Assembly (NCBI GenBank): GCA_963843575.1
Contig: CAWJKZ010000013.1
Location: forward strand, 128,001 to 192,000
Source: an uncultured Acidobacteriota bacterium
Lineage (GTDB): Bacteria; Acidobacteriota; UBA6911
Length of the DNA stretch: 64,000 bases
Direction: 5' to 3'
Positions 1-9,759 of the stretch are shown here, piece by piece. The translations under genes were made by a program, and so were the position numbers. The stretch's first letter is position 1. Each line of letters begins with the position of its first letter. Under the pieces are notes generated by a model. That model had not been told where the DNA came from. It was given only the letters and a program-made list of their open reading frames with translations, and searched no databases.

Positions 1-10
1 AATACCTCAT
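1..10 (-). CDS. Probable start of a gene running off the left edge
   Basis: Minus strand reads GGAGG-tcgat-ATG AGG TAT, an RBS 5 nt before an ATG at position 10. Only three codons are visible. Confidence 0.35.
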
Positions 11-274
11 ATCGACCTCCGCGGTCCCGGCGAGCGCACAGCCGCGCAGGCTGCCTCGAGCTCCCGCGCCGGGAAGAGGAGCGTCCTCGGGGCAGGTGAC
101 GTGCTGAACCGGGAACGCCCGAAATAGTCCGACCAAAAACAAGCGATTGTCACCCCGGGTGGGGGCCTTCCCTGAATTGCGATCCTCTCAGAATGTAGGG
201 CTTGGGCCCCGGAGACCGGAGTCCTCTTATTTATATATCAGTACGGTCCGGTAAGAAAAACAAAATGTGCGGCT

Positions 275-2926
275 TCAAAGAACGGACCAGCTGGGCGGCT
301 CGGTTGCCGCGGTCAGGATGGCGTTGAAAAGCAGCTTGAAGGTCCCGAAGGTCTGCGCCCGGTGTTGCACCCTGAGTGGAATCAGCACCATTCGGCCCTT
401 GCCCAGCCGCACCTCCGCGACTGCGACCTTGTTGCTGAGGTACGCCTCGCCCTGCAGCCACCCGCTCTTCAGCAACCTGTTGTTCGGGTAGCGCACCACA
501 ATCGAACTCTGCATCGACGAGAATGAAGGGACGGGTTCGAGGACCAGCGATTCGGCAAAATAGGCGCTCGCCTCGTCCTTCATGCCGAATCCGATCGGGT
601 GACTCGAGTCGACCATGACTCGCAGGATCGAGCCCGGACAGAAGAACTCCTCCCGCCGCACTCCCCGCAACGCGTCGCGGAACGGCGCCCCAAAACTATC
701 CACGGGCAGAAGCGCACTCTGGCCGAGGGTGATGAGGGTCCCTCCTCGTTCGACGAAGGCCCGCAGCGCGCTGGTCCCGCTGCCTTCGATCCCTCCTCTG
801 TATTCGGCGGGCATGGCCGGGGCCGAAATCCCGTTGAGGATCTGGTCGGGATTCATATCCGGCAGAACGATCGCGTCGAAGCCTGAGATGTCCCCTTTGC
901 GCACGTCCTCGGGGTGGATGGTGGTGTAGGGGAATTCGTTCTGCTCGAGCAGCCAGCGCGTCCACCCTTCGTCGATGCTGCCGCCCCAGGGCTGGTACAG
1001 GGCGGTGCGGGGTGCGCGCACCCTGAACGAGCGCGCAGCCGGTGGCCTGTCGGTCGCACGCGCGTCCACGCCGAGTTCCCGGGTGACGCCCGCGATTGCC
1101 GCCGCGAGGTCCCTGCCGCCGCGCACAAGGATCCCGCCCGGCGCATACTCGAACTCGCCCGCGAGGGTTTCCTTGTCCATCAGCCACGAAACGTCGAAGC
1201 CTGCCTTCAGCAGGCGATTGACGGCCACGAGGCTGTTGTTGGCCTCGTGGCCGATCAGGTACGCAGCGCCCGTCCCGGTAACCCGGCCGGCCGAGGGTTC
1301 CACGCTGTCGACCTTCGTCAACGCCGCCTGGAAAGACCTGGCCACGAAGGGCGTTTCGATCCCCATTTGCATGCCGAGCGACCAGCCGGCCGCGTCGTAC
1401 GGGGGCCGGGGGGGCATGCCCGGCGCTGCGGAGATCTTCGGGTAGACCTGCGCCTCGAGCATGTCCTTCACGTAGGCCCGGAACGGCTGAGCCATCAGGA
1501 TAACGAACGTTCCCGCGGGATAACTCCTATCGTCGGCCGTGAAGGCCTGCTCTGCCCGATGAACTTCGACCCCACCGTAAATGAGAGTCTGAAGCAGCTT
1601 GGCCACCGTGGGGCGATCCGGCTGATCGGGCGGGATCACCACCGCGTAGGGGTTGCCGGCCTTGCCGGCGTCGACCTGTCGCCTCCCCACGGTGTAGAGA
1701 CCCTCGAGCAGTGGGACGCGCAGGCGCGCGGCGGTCTCGAGCAGCCCGAAAGTCGCGATCAGTTCATAGTCCACGATGTCTCGCAGGGTCCACCGCCCGC
1801 CAAGCCAGGGACGGGGATAGCTTGCGCGGGCCTGCACGTCGCCGGGCGGAGGCAGCACCCCACCTTCGTCCCACCGGGGTCGCCGCTGCTCTTCAGGGGT
1901 GACAGCTGTGGCCGCTGCGCTCTGACGTTCCGGGTCCGCCCTTTGTTGCTCGACGGGCGTGGCGAGGCGGGCCGAAGCGACCTCCGTGAGCAGCCCGAGC
2001 ATGTTGTGCCACCAGCCGCTCCAGGCCATCGCCCCTTCCCACCAGTAGGTGTACAGCTCGCCGTGGATGATTCCTTCCTTGCCCGCCTTCTCGAGTGCCG
2101 CGGCCTGAGCGAAACCGAGGAGGCCGACGTTGCGGTAGATCAGCGGATCGACGTTGGGGTTGATGGGGTCCGTCGCGGGCATGACAAACATGCGCGGTCC
2201 GAGCCCTCCCATCTGATGCTCGTCGAGCCAGATAACCGGCAGCCAGTCTCGGTACAGGATCTTCCCCATCAGTCGCGTCTCGACCTGGGTGAACATGTAG
2301 GCGTCGCGGTTGTTGTCGTGTCCGACATATGGGTGATAGAGCCACGGGAGCGGCGCGTTTTCGTGGGCCGTGCCGAGGTTGCGGTTGTACCAGTCTGTCA
2401 CCAGGATCTGGCCGTCCGGGTTGAGGCTCGGGACCAGCAGCAACACGGTCTCGTCCAGGATCTTGCGGATCTCCGGGGTATTCTCCGTGGCCAGCCGGTG
2501 CACGGCTTCGAGTGACATCTGGGTCGCCCCCACCTCGGTCGCGTGGATGCTGCAGGTGACCAGCACAAAGATCTTCGCCTGCTCGATCAGTCGCCGGGCC
2601 TCCTCCTCCGTCCTGATGGTTCGGGGATCGAAGAGCCTTCGGTTGATCGCCTTGAGGCTTTCGATGTCTTTCAGGTTCGATGGCGACGAGATTACGACGA
2701 GCACGAAAGGGTTTCCGTTCGTGCTGCTCCCGACTTCCTGCAGCAGCACCCGGTCGGACTCGCGGTCCACGAGCTTCATGTATTCGACGATCCTGTCCCA
2801 CCGGGCGAGCTTCTTTTCCGTTCCGACGCGGAAGCCGAGAAAATCCCCCGGCGAATGAATTCCCTGTCCGAAACAGAGGCCGGCTGCCAGGACCAGTGCA
2901 ATGAGTGCTGCAGATCGTCGATGCAC
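275..2926 (-). CDS. Secreted M14-family zinc carboxypeptidase-like protein with C-terminal GATase-like domain
   Basis: Signal peptide, SIHATE (HxxE), GHDNNRD and DEHQM motifs; C-terminal DEGWTRWLLE segment typical of this family; GGAGGAG RBS. Confidence 0.85.
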   Translation of the reverse strand: MHRRSAALIALVLAAGLCFGQGIHSPGDFLGFRVGTEKKLARWDRIVEYMKLVDRESDRVLLQEVGSSTNGNPFVLVVISSPSNLKDIESLKAINRRLFDPRTIRTEEEARRLIEQAKIFVLVTCSIHATEVGATQMSLEAVHRLATENTPEIRKILDETVLLLVPSLNPDGQILVTDWYNRNLGTAHENAPLPWLYHPYVGHDNNRDAYMFTQVETRLMGKILYRDWLPVIWLDEHQMGGLGPRMFVMPATDPINPNVDPLIYRNVGLLGFAQAAALEKAGKEGIIHGELYTYWWEGAMAWSGWWHNMLGLLTEVASARLATPVEQQRADPERQSAAATAVTPEEQRRPRWDEGGVLPPPGDVQARASYPRPWLGGRWTLRDIVDYELIATFGLLETAARLRVPLLEGLYTVGRRQVDAGKAGNPYAVVIPPDQPDRPTVAKLLQTLIYGGVEVHRAEQAFTADDRSYPAGTFVILMAQPFRAYVKDMLEAQVYPKISAAPGMPPRPPYDAAGWSLGMQMGIETPFVARSFQAALTKVDSVEPSAGRVTGTGAAYLIGHEANNSLVAVNRLLKAGFDVSWLMDKETLAGEFEYAPGGILVRGGRDLAAAIAGVTRELGVDARATDRPPAARSFRVRAPRTALYQPWGGSIDEGWTRWLLEQNEFPYTTIHPEDVRKGDISGFDAIVLPDMNPDQILNGISAPAMPAEYRGGIEGSGTSALRAFVERGGTLITLGQSALLPVDSFGAPFRDALRGVRREEFFCPGSILRVMVDSSHPIGFGMKDEASAYFAESLVLEPVPSFSSMQSSIVVRYPNNRLLKSGWLQGEAYLSNKVAVAEVRLGKGRMVLIPLRVQHRAQTFGTFKLLFNAILTAATEPPSWSVL

Positions 2927-2944
2927 GTGACTCCTCCACGTCGG

Positions 2945-3889
2945 TCAACGCTTCACGGCGTCCATTTTATCGGGACGCGTGAGCCGGCGCAGCCGTTTCT
3001 GGCGCAGAATCGAGTCAGCGACGAGGCACGTTAGGATGACGAAACCACCGATGACGGTGCCGGCGCCGGGGACCTCGCCTGTTCCAACCATCACCCAGAC
3101 CGGATTCAGGATCGGTTCGACAAACGCCAGGAGCGTGGCCCGCAGCGCGGGCACGAGCCGCAGTCCGGCCGAGAACATGATGTAGGGGACGGCGAGTTGC
3201 AGGGCGCCCAGGGAGGCGAGGATCAGCCACTCCCGTCCCCCCAGGGCGGGGAGACCGGACACCATCCACGGCGAGCAGGCCACCACGCAGAGTCCGTTGC
3301 CTACGACCACCGCCGCCACGCCCGCCGAGTGAGTCTCCTGCTTTCCCTGGTGTCTCAGCCCGATGATGAGGACGGCCATGGTGCAGCCGGAGAGGATCGC
3401 GAAGATATTGCCGAGCCACCCGGCAAACGTCAGCTTGTCCAGGAAGAAGAACACCAGCCCCGTCAAACATCCCGCCGCGACCAGATAATCCCGTCGTTGC
3501 GGGCGCTCGTGCAGGACGGGCACCGACAGCGCGATCACCCAGATCGGGCAGGTGTACTGGAGCAGGATCGCGTTGGCCGCCGTGGTGAGGCGCGTCGCGG
3601 ACACGAAGAGGGCGAGGGTCGCCGCGTACGCGGCCGCCGTGGCGACCAGCGCGGGCTTCCGCAGCAACCCCGGCGCGGTGTGACGAAGGCCCCCCAGCGC
3701 GATCAGGACCGGGATGGCGAAGAAAGAGCGCCACCCCGCCGTGGTCAGCGGGTGCACTGCCAGGGATTTGATACCGAGCCCCCCGCTGCTCCAGAGTACC
3801 GCGGCAGCCACGATCAGGAAGGGCCCGAGGTGGGCCGCCGCGGATCGACGCGGCCCCCGTGACGAGGCAGATCCGGTGGGGCGGCTCAT
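2945..3889 (-). CDS. DMT/EamA family transporter
   Basis: About 10 hydrophobic helices in two repeats; ANAILLQYTCP and EPILNPVWV motifs. Confidence 0.88.
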   Translation of the reverse strand: MSRPTGSASSRGPRRSAAAHLGPFLIVAAAVLWSSGGLGIKSLAVHPLTTAGWRSFFAIPVLIALGGLRHTAPGLLRKPALVATAAAYAATLALFVSATRLTTAANAILLQYTCPIWVIALSVPVLHERPQRRDYLVAAGCLTGLVFFFLDKLTFAGWLGNIFAILSGCTMAVLIIGLRHQGKQETHSAGVAAVVVGNGLCVVACSPWMVSGLPALGGREWLILASLGALQLAVPYIMFSAGLRLVPALRATLLAFVEPILNPVWVMVGTGEVPGAGTVIGGFVILTCLVADSILRQKRLRRLTRPDKMDAVKR

Positions 3890-6114
3890 CGGGGCGGGGG
3901 CGGGCCGCCCCCGCCCACCCGGCTCAGGGCGGCGAATTCGCTTTCCGAGAACAGGGATTTTACGGCCTCCATCTCCTGTGGGCTTTGGAACCGGTATCCC
4001 GCCTCCAGGGCCCGTTGAATCTCCCTCCTGGCATTATCCCGCTGGTTGTCGGCCATCAGCGACAGGCCAAGGAACCAGTGACCCAGCCCGAAGTCGGGAT
4101 CAGCCTCGACCATCCGTCGGTTGAGCTCGACGGCCTTCCGGGGTTCGCCGGCTATGACGTAAGTCCGCGCCAGGGTAAACATGGCCTCCTGGCGGTTCGG
4201 GCTAAGTTCCAGGGCCCTGCGGCCGAAGGCTTCCGCCTGCGCGCCAAATCCCTTGTCCGCGTACATGGTCAAGCCGTTGTACATGTCGTTCAGCAGCACG
4301 TAGTACTGGGCGTCGTTCGGGTGGGCCGCCAGCGCCTCCCGGGAGAGCCTCAGGACGAGTTCCCCCGCGTCGAAGGAGCGGGAGGCTGCGCGGTTGGTGA
4401 TCACGCTGTTGACCGCGAGATAGGCGCAGTTGAGTTTCTCGCCGGCGTGGTAGGGGGAGAAACGGCGGAACGCGTCTTCATAACGGGAAATGCCGGCTGC
4501 GGGATCCTGCAGGAAGGCGCTCCTGGCCAGGAAATAGCCGTGGATGGCGCGAGCCATCTCCACGTTGGCGTACAGGGCGCAGAGCGCCAGCACTCCCGCG
4601 CCGCACGCCGCGAAGACACGCACGCCTTTTGCGGAACCGGGACCTTTGTCCTTGGTGCGCTCGTGCCTGCTCAGATGCCTGCGGCGGCTCGGTGGTATCG
4701 GATCCTCGAAGATGCTCACCGCTCCCAGGGTGAGGAACAAGCCGAAAAGCGAGCCGAAACCGTCGAAGGCGACGGCGTTGCCGGCCAGGTACCCCGCCAA
4801 TGCGCCGGCAGCGCAAAGCGCCATGGAGCGGTCGGGCAGACGCCGGAGGCTGCCGACAACCGCAAAGACGAGAGCCAGGAACGCAAGCACCCCCGCCAGG
4901 CCTTTTTCGACCAGCAGGTCAAGATAATAGTTGTGGGTCTTGTCGTACCACGTTTCGCTGCGCTGCGTAAAATTCTCGGCGAACTGGACCTGCCTCGGAT
5001 CGTAATACCGATTCAGGACATAGTAGACGTTGTCGTGGCCCGAACCCAGGAGGGGATCTTGCTGGAAACCGCGAAGCGCGCTGCGCCACGCCAGCAGGCG
5101 GTTCTTGGTGGTCGTGCTTTCGCCCGGGGACATCCGTGTCAGACGCGTCAGCACGGGAACGCGCTTGACCAGGGGCGCATCCCGAAAATACCAGAGCGCC
5201 GGGCCGGCGGCAGCAAGCAGCAACAACGCCGATGCCGTGCCGAGCCGCGCAACGGCGTTCAGGGAACGGGAGAAAGTCGCGTACAGCGCGAGGACGAGCA
5301 GCCCAGCCGCCATGCCCAGGATCACACCCCGCGTCTGGCCCGCCAGGATCGCGGTGACGATCAACGCCTCCCCGGCCACCAGGGCGGCCACCCGGGCGGC
5401 CCGGAAGCGTCCGGGAGCGCGGAGCGCGGCACTCGCCAGGAAGAGGCCCCAGAAGAAATGGATCATGAGGTACGGCCCGGTCAGTATCGGGTTGCCCATG
5501 ACGCCGCCCGGCCGACGCGCCGTGCTGCCCAGGATCCTGCCTACGAGCGAAGCTCCCGCCTCGGGGTTGGCCTGGTACCCCTGCCACACCACGGAGAGAG
5601 CCGCGACGACGCTCACGGAGAACGAGACGGTCAGGTAGCGCACCAGCAGACGCTGCCTCTGCCCCGAATCCCAGGTCCGGAGGTGCCAGTCAAACACGAG
5701 AAGCCAGGCGAGACAGTGGGCGAGAAGGACCAGTCCGTCCTGGCGGTCCAGAAAACCCCACAGGCTGCGATTCGGGTCGGTGCCGAACAGCGCGGAAACC
5801 AGGGAGACCAGGAGGAACATCCCCGCCATCATTGGTGTCGCAGACAGCCACGAAACACCCACGGGCGCCGTGGCGGGTCCCGGGCGGATCAGGGCCGACA
5901 ACAGGGCCAGGCCGCACAGGATCTCCACCAGCGCCTGGAACAACAGCACCTTCGGGGTGACATGCGGGAACAGGGCCCCGTTCCATACCGGCAGCGGGGT
6001 GAGCAGGGCGAGGTAAAGCCCGATGCCGATGGCCCGTGTGATCGATGCGTGCAGTCTCTCGTTGCCGCGTTTGGCCCGGACGGCGGTTTCGGCGCGGCTC
6101 GTCCCACGTTTCAT
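3886..6114 (-). CDS. O-antigen ligase/Wzy_C family membrane protein with C-terminal TPR repeats
   Basis: Multi-TM; GNP, TRG, RLLAW..ALRGF..PLLGSG and THNYYLDLLVEKGLAG motifs; TPR-like helices (RRALELSPN, VEADPDF) at the C-terminus. Confidence 0.82.
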   Translation of the reverse strand: MKRGTSRAETAVRAKRGNERLHASITRAIGIGLYLALLTPLPVWNGALFPHVTPKVLLFQALVEILCGLALLSALIRPGPATAPVGVSWLSATPMMAGMFLLVSLVSALFGTDPNRSLWGFLDRQDGLVLLAHCLAWLLVFDWHLRTWDSGQRQRLLVRYLTVSFSVSVVAALSVVWQGYQANPEAGASLVGRILGSTARRPGGVMGNPILTGPYLMIHFFWGLFLASAALRAPGRFRAARVAALVAGEALIVTAILAGQTRGVILGMAAGLLVLALYATFSRSLNAVARLGTASALLLLAAAGPALWYFRDAPLVKRVPVLTRLTRMSPGESTTTKNRLLAWRSALRGFQQDPLLGSGHDNVYYVLNRYYDPRQVQFAENFTQRSETWYDKTHNYYLDLLVEKGLAGVLAFLALVFAVVGSLRRLPDRSMALCAAGALAGYLAGNAVAFDGFGSLFGLFLTLGAVSIFEDPIPPSRRRHLSRHERTKDKGPGSAKGVRVFAACGAGVLALCALYANVEMARAIHGYFLARSAFLQDPAAGISRYEDAFRRFSPYHAGEKLNCAYLAVNSVITNRAASRSFDAGELVLRLSREALAAHPNDAQYYVLLNDMYNGLTMYADKGFGAQAEAFGRRALELSPNRQEAMFTLARTYVIAGEPRKAVELNRRMVEADPDFGLGHWFLGLSLMADNQRDNARREIQRALEAGYRFQSPQEMEAVKSLFSESEFAALSRVGGGGPPPPR

Positions 6115-6348
6115 CTTCAGGTTCTTCGAAAAGAAGTTTTGCCTGCCCGGAGCACGGCAAGGGCGCTCCGCATCCCGCGTGCGGGCCGTGGAGCAGGCCG
6201 GAGTTTCGGAACCGGCGCCACTCGTGCACGGGCGATCAGACGGCTGCTGACCTCATAGCGTATTCTGCCTGAAATCCCGACTCCTGGCTTCGTCCTTCTC
6301 ACACCACCGGGATCCTTGTGTCCAGGCGCGATGCGCCGGGACCCGGAC

Positions 6349-9309
6349 TTACTCCGACGCGGCCAGCGAGGCGCGGGCACGGTTGTAGGAGCCGACCCTG
6401 TCGTAACGGTCGACTGCGCAGAGGGCGAGGATTTCCTTGCTTGGGGTGTATTCCGGCACGATCTCCTGCAGCTTGGTGACTAGCCCGTTGACGTTTTTCG
6501 ATTCCAGCAGCGAGGCGAGTTCGTCCAGCCACTTGCGTATGCTGTCGAAGCTCACCGGCCCGCCGTCGAGGACCCGGATCTTCGGGTGGCTGGTCTGCTT
6601 GATGCCTTCTCCGTCGAGCTTCAGTTCCTCGAAGAGTTTTTCCCCCGGCCTGAGCCCCGTGAAAACGATCGGAAGGTCCCGTCCCGGCTCCAGACCGGAG
6701 AGCCGAAGCAGAGTGGTAGCCAAGTCCACGATCTTCACCGGCTCGCCCATGTCGAGGACGAAGATCTCGGCCCCCTGGCCCATCGTGGACGCCTGCAACA
6801 CCAACTGCACCGCTTCGTGAACGGTCATGAAATAGCGCTTCGCCTCGCGGTCCGTGATGGAGATCGGTTTGCGGGCCGCGATCTGTTTTTCGAACAGGGT
6901 CAGCACGCTTCCCCGGCTTCCAAGGACATTGCCAAACCGCACCGAGACGAACCGTGTCGACTGGCGCTGCAATCCCAGGGTGATGAGCTCGGCCACCCGT
7001 TTGGTTACGCCCATGACGTTTGTCGGGTTTACGGCCTTGTCCGACGAGATCATCACGAAATCCTCGGCCTCACACTGTTTTGCGATGAGCGCGACGTTGT
7101 AGGTGCCGAAGATGTTGTTGTTCACCGCTTCGAAGCAGTTGCCCTCCATGACGGGGACGTGCTTGTATGCGGCTGCGTGGAATACGGAGTGCGGCCGATG
7201 GTTGGTGAAAACCTCCCGCAGCCTCCCGACGTCGAGGATGTCGCCGATGACCGCAACCTTGTTCAGTCCCGGGAAGCTTTCGGACAGCTCCAGGTCGATG
7301 TTGAACAGGTCGGTCTCGGAGCGGTCCAGCAACACCAGTTTCCCCGGGTTGAAACCGGAGATCTGCCGTGTCATCTCCGAGCCGATCGAACCGCCCGCGC
7401 CCGTGATGAGGACGGTCTTCCCCTCGAGTTTTTGCCGTATCCGGGTCAGCTCCAGGCGGACCGGTTCCCGGACCAGCAGGTCTTCCACTCGAACGGCGCG
7501 CATGCTGCCCAGGGACACGGAGTTCGTGATCAGGTCGCCAATGGCCGGCAGCGTCTTGAACTCCACCTTGCATTGCCTGCACTTGTCGATGATTCGCTGG
7601 ATCTGTTTTCCGCTGGCGGATGGAATCGCGATCAGGATGTGCGAGATGTCGTGCTCGACGATGAGTTCGTGCAACTCGTCGGTGGTGCCGAGCACCTTCA
7701 GACCCTGTACCTTGACGCCTATCTTCGTCCGGTCGTCATCCACGAAGCCGATCGGTGTGTACGCGAGCGTTCTGTTGGACTTGAGCTCTCTCGCGATAGA
7801 GCTGCCCGCGCTGCCGGCGCCGACGATCAGCGTGTTCGGGTCGATCAGGTGCAGCCGTGCGCTTTCGTAGTATGCCCTGACGGCGAACCGCATGCCCCCG
7901 ACGGCAAATATGGTCAGGATGGGATCGATAATGAATACCGAGCGCGGCAGGCCGGCCAGGCCGCGGAGCCAGTACGTGCCTCCGTAGATGACGGGGGCGC
8001 TCAGGGCGGCGGCCTTTATTATGTCGAGCAGGTCGCTCATGCCGACGTACCGCCACCACCCGCTGAAAAGTCGGAAGTAGGAGAACACAAGCAGCTTCGT
8101 GAGCAGCACAAGCGGCAGCGTGACCAGGAACGCGTCCAGATACGGCGGCTCGAGCTTGAAATCGAGGCGCAGGAGAAAACTCGTGTAGTAGGTCAGCGCC
8201 AGGAGGGCCATCTGCGACAGGATGATCGCCGCCCGCCGGTACCTCAGCAGATGGGCCTGCAGGAATGGGGTCGAGAACGCCCCGCGCTCGTATTCGCGCG
8301 CGCTGCCCCAGAGCAGCAGGCCGAGGAACAGGGCAGGCAGGATCCCGGCGCCGCTGCCCCTCGGGGCGTCCACGTCCCAGACCTTGCCGAAAATGAGCCC
8401 CATGAGCCCGAGGGCCAGATACAGACCGGTGACCGACTGAGGGTCCGCTCCTGCCGTGACGAGTCTCTGGTACAGATGTGACTTATGGGCGGTGAAGACG
8501 TTTTCACGGGCCTTGAGGCGGCGCAAGAACGTGAAGACCGCGTCGAAAACGAAGGGCCACACCAAGAGCACACCCAGCACGGGCACCGCCCCGGACGTGC
8601 CTGGGCCGGACAACGAGTAGAAAAGTACCGGTATTGCGGCGAAGGTGTAGCCGAGGAACGCGCTGCCGACGTCGCCCATGAAGATCTTGGCGGGCGGCCA
8701 GTTGTGGCCGAGGAAACCGAGACTGCCGGAGCCGGCCAGCAAGGCCAGGGTGCCCGCGAGCGGCTGGTTCCCCAACCAGCCGAGGATGGCCCAACCCAGC
8801 CCGGCGGTCACCGCCTGTCCCCCGGCGAGACCGTCGATTCCGTCCATGAAGTTGTAGGCATTGGTGAGTGCGACGATCCAGATGAAGGTCAACACCACAC
8901 CCACCCACCCGAATTCCACGGTGCCAACCAGGGGGATGGTGATCTGCCGAAAGCCACCCGCGGTCGCCAATATGCAGACGGCAGCGAGGCTGTGGGCCGC
9001 GAACCTGACCCAATTCGGCAGCGGGCGCAGGTCATCGAGCCAGCTGATGTTGGCGACCAGAACGGCGCCGAGCGTGTAGGCCAGGAGCAATCGCCAGTGC
9101 GGAAGCAATCCCAGGGGAGAGGCGAGCACCCACACGCCGACCAGCGTGACGGCCACTATTACCAGTCCTCCGCCCCTTGGAGTCGGAACGACATGCGAAC
9201 TGCGGGCGTTGGGGACGTCGATGATGTCCCGCTTCCTGGCCCACAGGCGGAACGCACCCACTCCCAGGTAAGAGAACAAGAACGCGAGAAAACCTATGCT
9301 GGTTAGCAC
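6349..9309 (-). CDS. Fusion of MraY/WecA/WbpL-type polyprenyl-phosphate HexNAc-1-P transferase and CapD/WbpM/PglF-type UDP-GlcNAc 4,6-dehydratase
   Basis: N-half: DVPNARSSHVVPTPRGGG, NAYNFMDGIDG, IFMGDVGS, HLYQRL. C-half: TGAGGSIG, HAAAYKHVP, SSDKAVNP, RFGNVLGS, GLRPGEKL. Start moved to the GTG at 9309; the ORF track begins at 9495. Confidence 0.88.
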   Translation of the reverse strand: MLTSIGFLAFLFSYLGVGAFRLWARKRDIIDVPNARSSHVVPTPRGGGLVIVAVTLVGVWVLASPLGLLPHWRLLLAYTLGAVLVANISWLDDLRPLPNWVRFAAHSLAAVCILATAGGFRQITIPLVGTVEFGWVGVVLTFIWIVALTNAYNFMDGIDGLAGGQAVTAGLGWAILGWLGNQPLAGTLALLAGSGSLGFLGHNWPPAKIFMGDVGSAFLGYTFAAIPVLFYSLSGPGTSGAVPVLGVLLVWPFVFDAVFTFLRRLKARENVFTAHKSHLYQRLVTAGADPQSVTGLYLALGLMGLIFGKVWDVDAPRGSGAGILPALFLGLLLWGSAREYERGAFSTPFLQAHLLRYRRAAIILSQMALLALTYYTSFLLRLDFKLEPPYLDAFLVTLPLVLLTKLLVFSYFRLFSGWWRYVGMSDLLDIIKAAALSAPVIYGGTYWLRGLAGLPRSVFIIDPILTIFAVGGMRFAVRAYYESARLHLIDPNTLIVGAGSAGSSIARELKSNRTLAYTPIGFVDDDRTKIGVKVQGLKVLGTTDELHELIVEHDISHILIAIPSASGKQIQRIIDKCRQCKVEFKTLPAIGDLITNSVSLGSMRAVRVEDLLVREPVRLELTRIRQKLEGKTVLITGAGGSIGSEMTRQISGFNPGKLVLLDRSETDLFNIDLELSESFPGLNKVAVIGDILDVGRLREVFTNHRPHSVFHAAAYKHVPVMEGNCFEAVNNNIFGTYNVALIAKQCEAEDFVMISSDKAVNPTNVMGVTKRVAELITLGLQRQSTRFVSVRFGNVLGSRGSVLTLFEKQIAARKPISITDREAKRYFMTVHEAVQLVLQASTMGQGAEIFVLDMGEPVKIVDLATTLLRLSGLEPGRDLPIVFTGLRPGEKLFEELKLDGEGIKQTSHPKIRVLDGGPVSFDSIRKWLDELASLLESKNVNGLVTKLQEIVPEYTPSKEILALCAVDRYDRVGSYNRARASLAASE

Positions 9310-9759
9310 TTGTAGAACCCTGATCCTGCCGGTTGAGTCTAATTCCCGGCGCAAGCCCGCAGGCGGCCACAGGCCGCCGGTGCCGCAGGGAGGGGGGATC
9401 CCGCTTGCACCGATTCGGATCCAGTTAAAGCATGACGAGGCGCCGAGGCACCCACTCGGGCGTCCTGCCGGCACGTCGGGTGGCGGCGCACCCAATTTTT
9501 CGAGCGCATTATAAGCCGGATGGCGTCGATTTCGCAGTATTTAACCTCTTGCTCCGCGTGGCGGATGCCGATAGCCTCGGCAAGGCCATGTCCGGCGGGA
9601 AGTAGCAGGGAGGCGCTTCGGAACCCGGCGTCCGGGGACAAACCGCCACGACGCCGACCGGACAGGAGGTCGAGAAATGTACCAAAGTGGCGGGCGAATG
9701 TGGTAAGTAATGTTCGTGAAATATCCGGCCGACGCGCCGGGGTTGCACGTTGGCGGAAA

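Noticed and set aside
3859-8481. Long plus-strand ORFs (799 aa at 3859-6258, 631 aa at 6586-8481) and similar antisense ORFs across the window
   Set aside because: They lie opposite well-supported genes, have no motifs, and are the expected shadows of GC-rich codon usage.
9330-9500. tRNA-like, TPP-riboswitch-like or ops/JUMPStart element upstream of the fused transferase gene
   Set aside because: Only a short GC hairpin (9362-9378) is clear; no TTCGA T-loop, CCA end, TPP core or GGCGGTAG motif was found.
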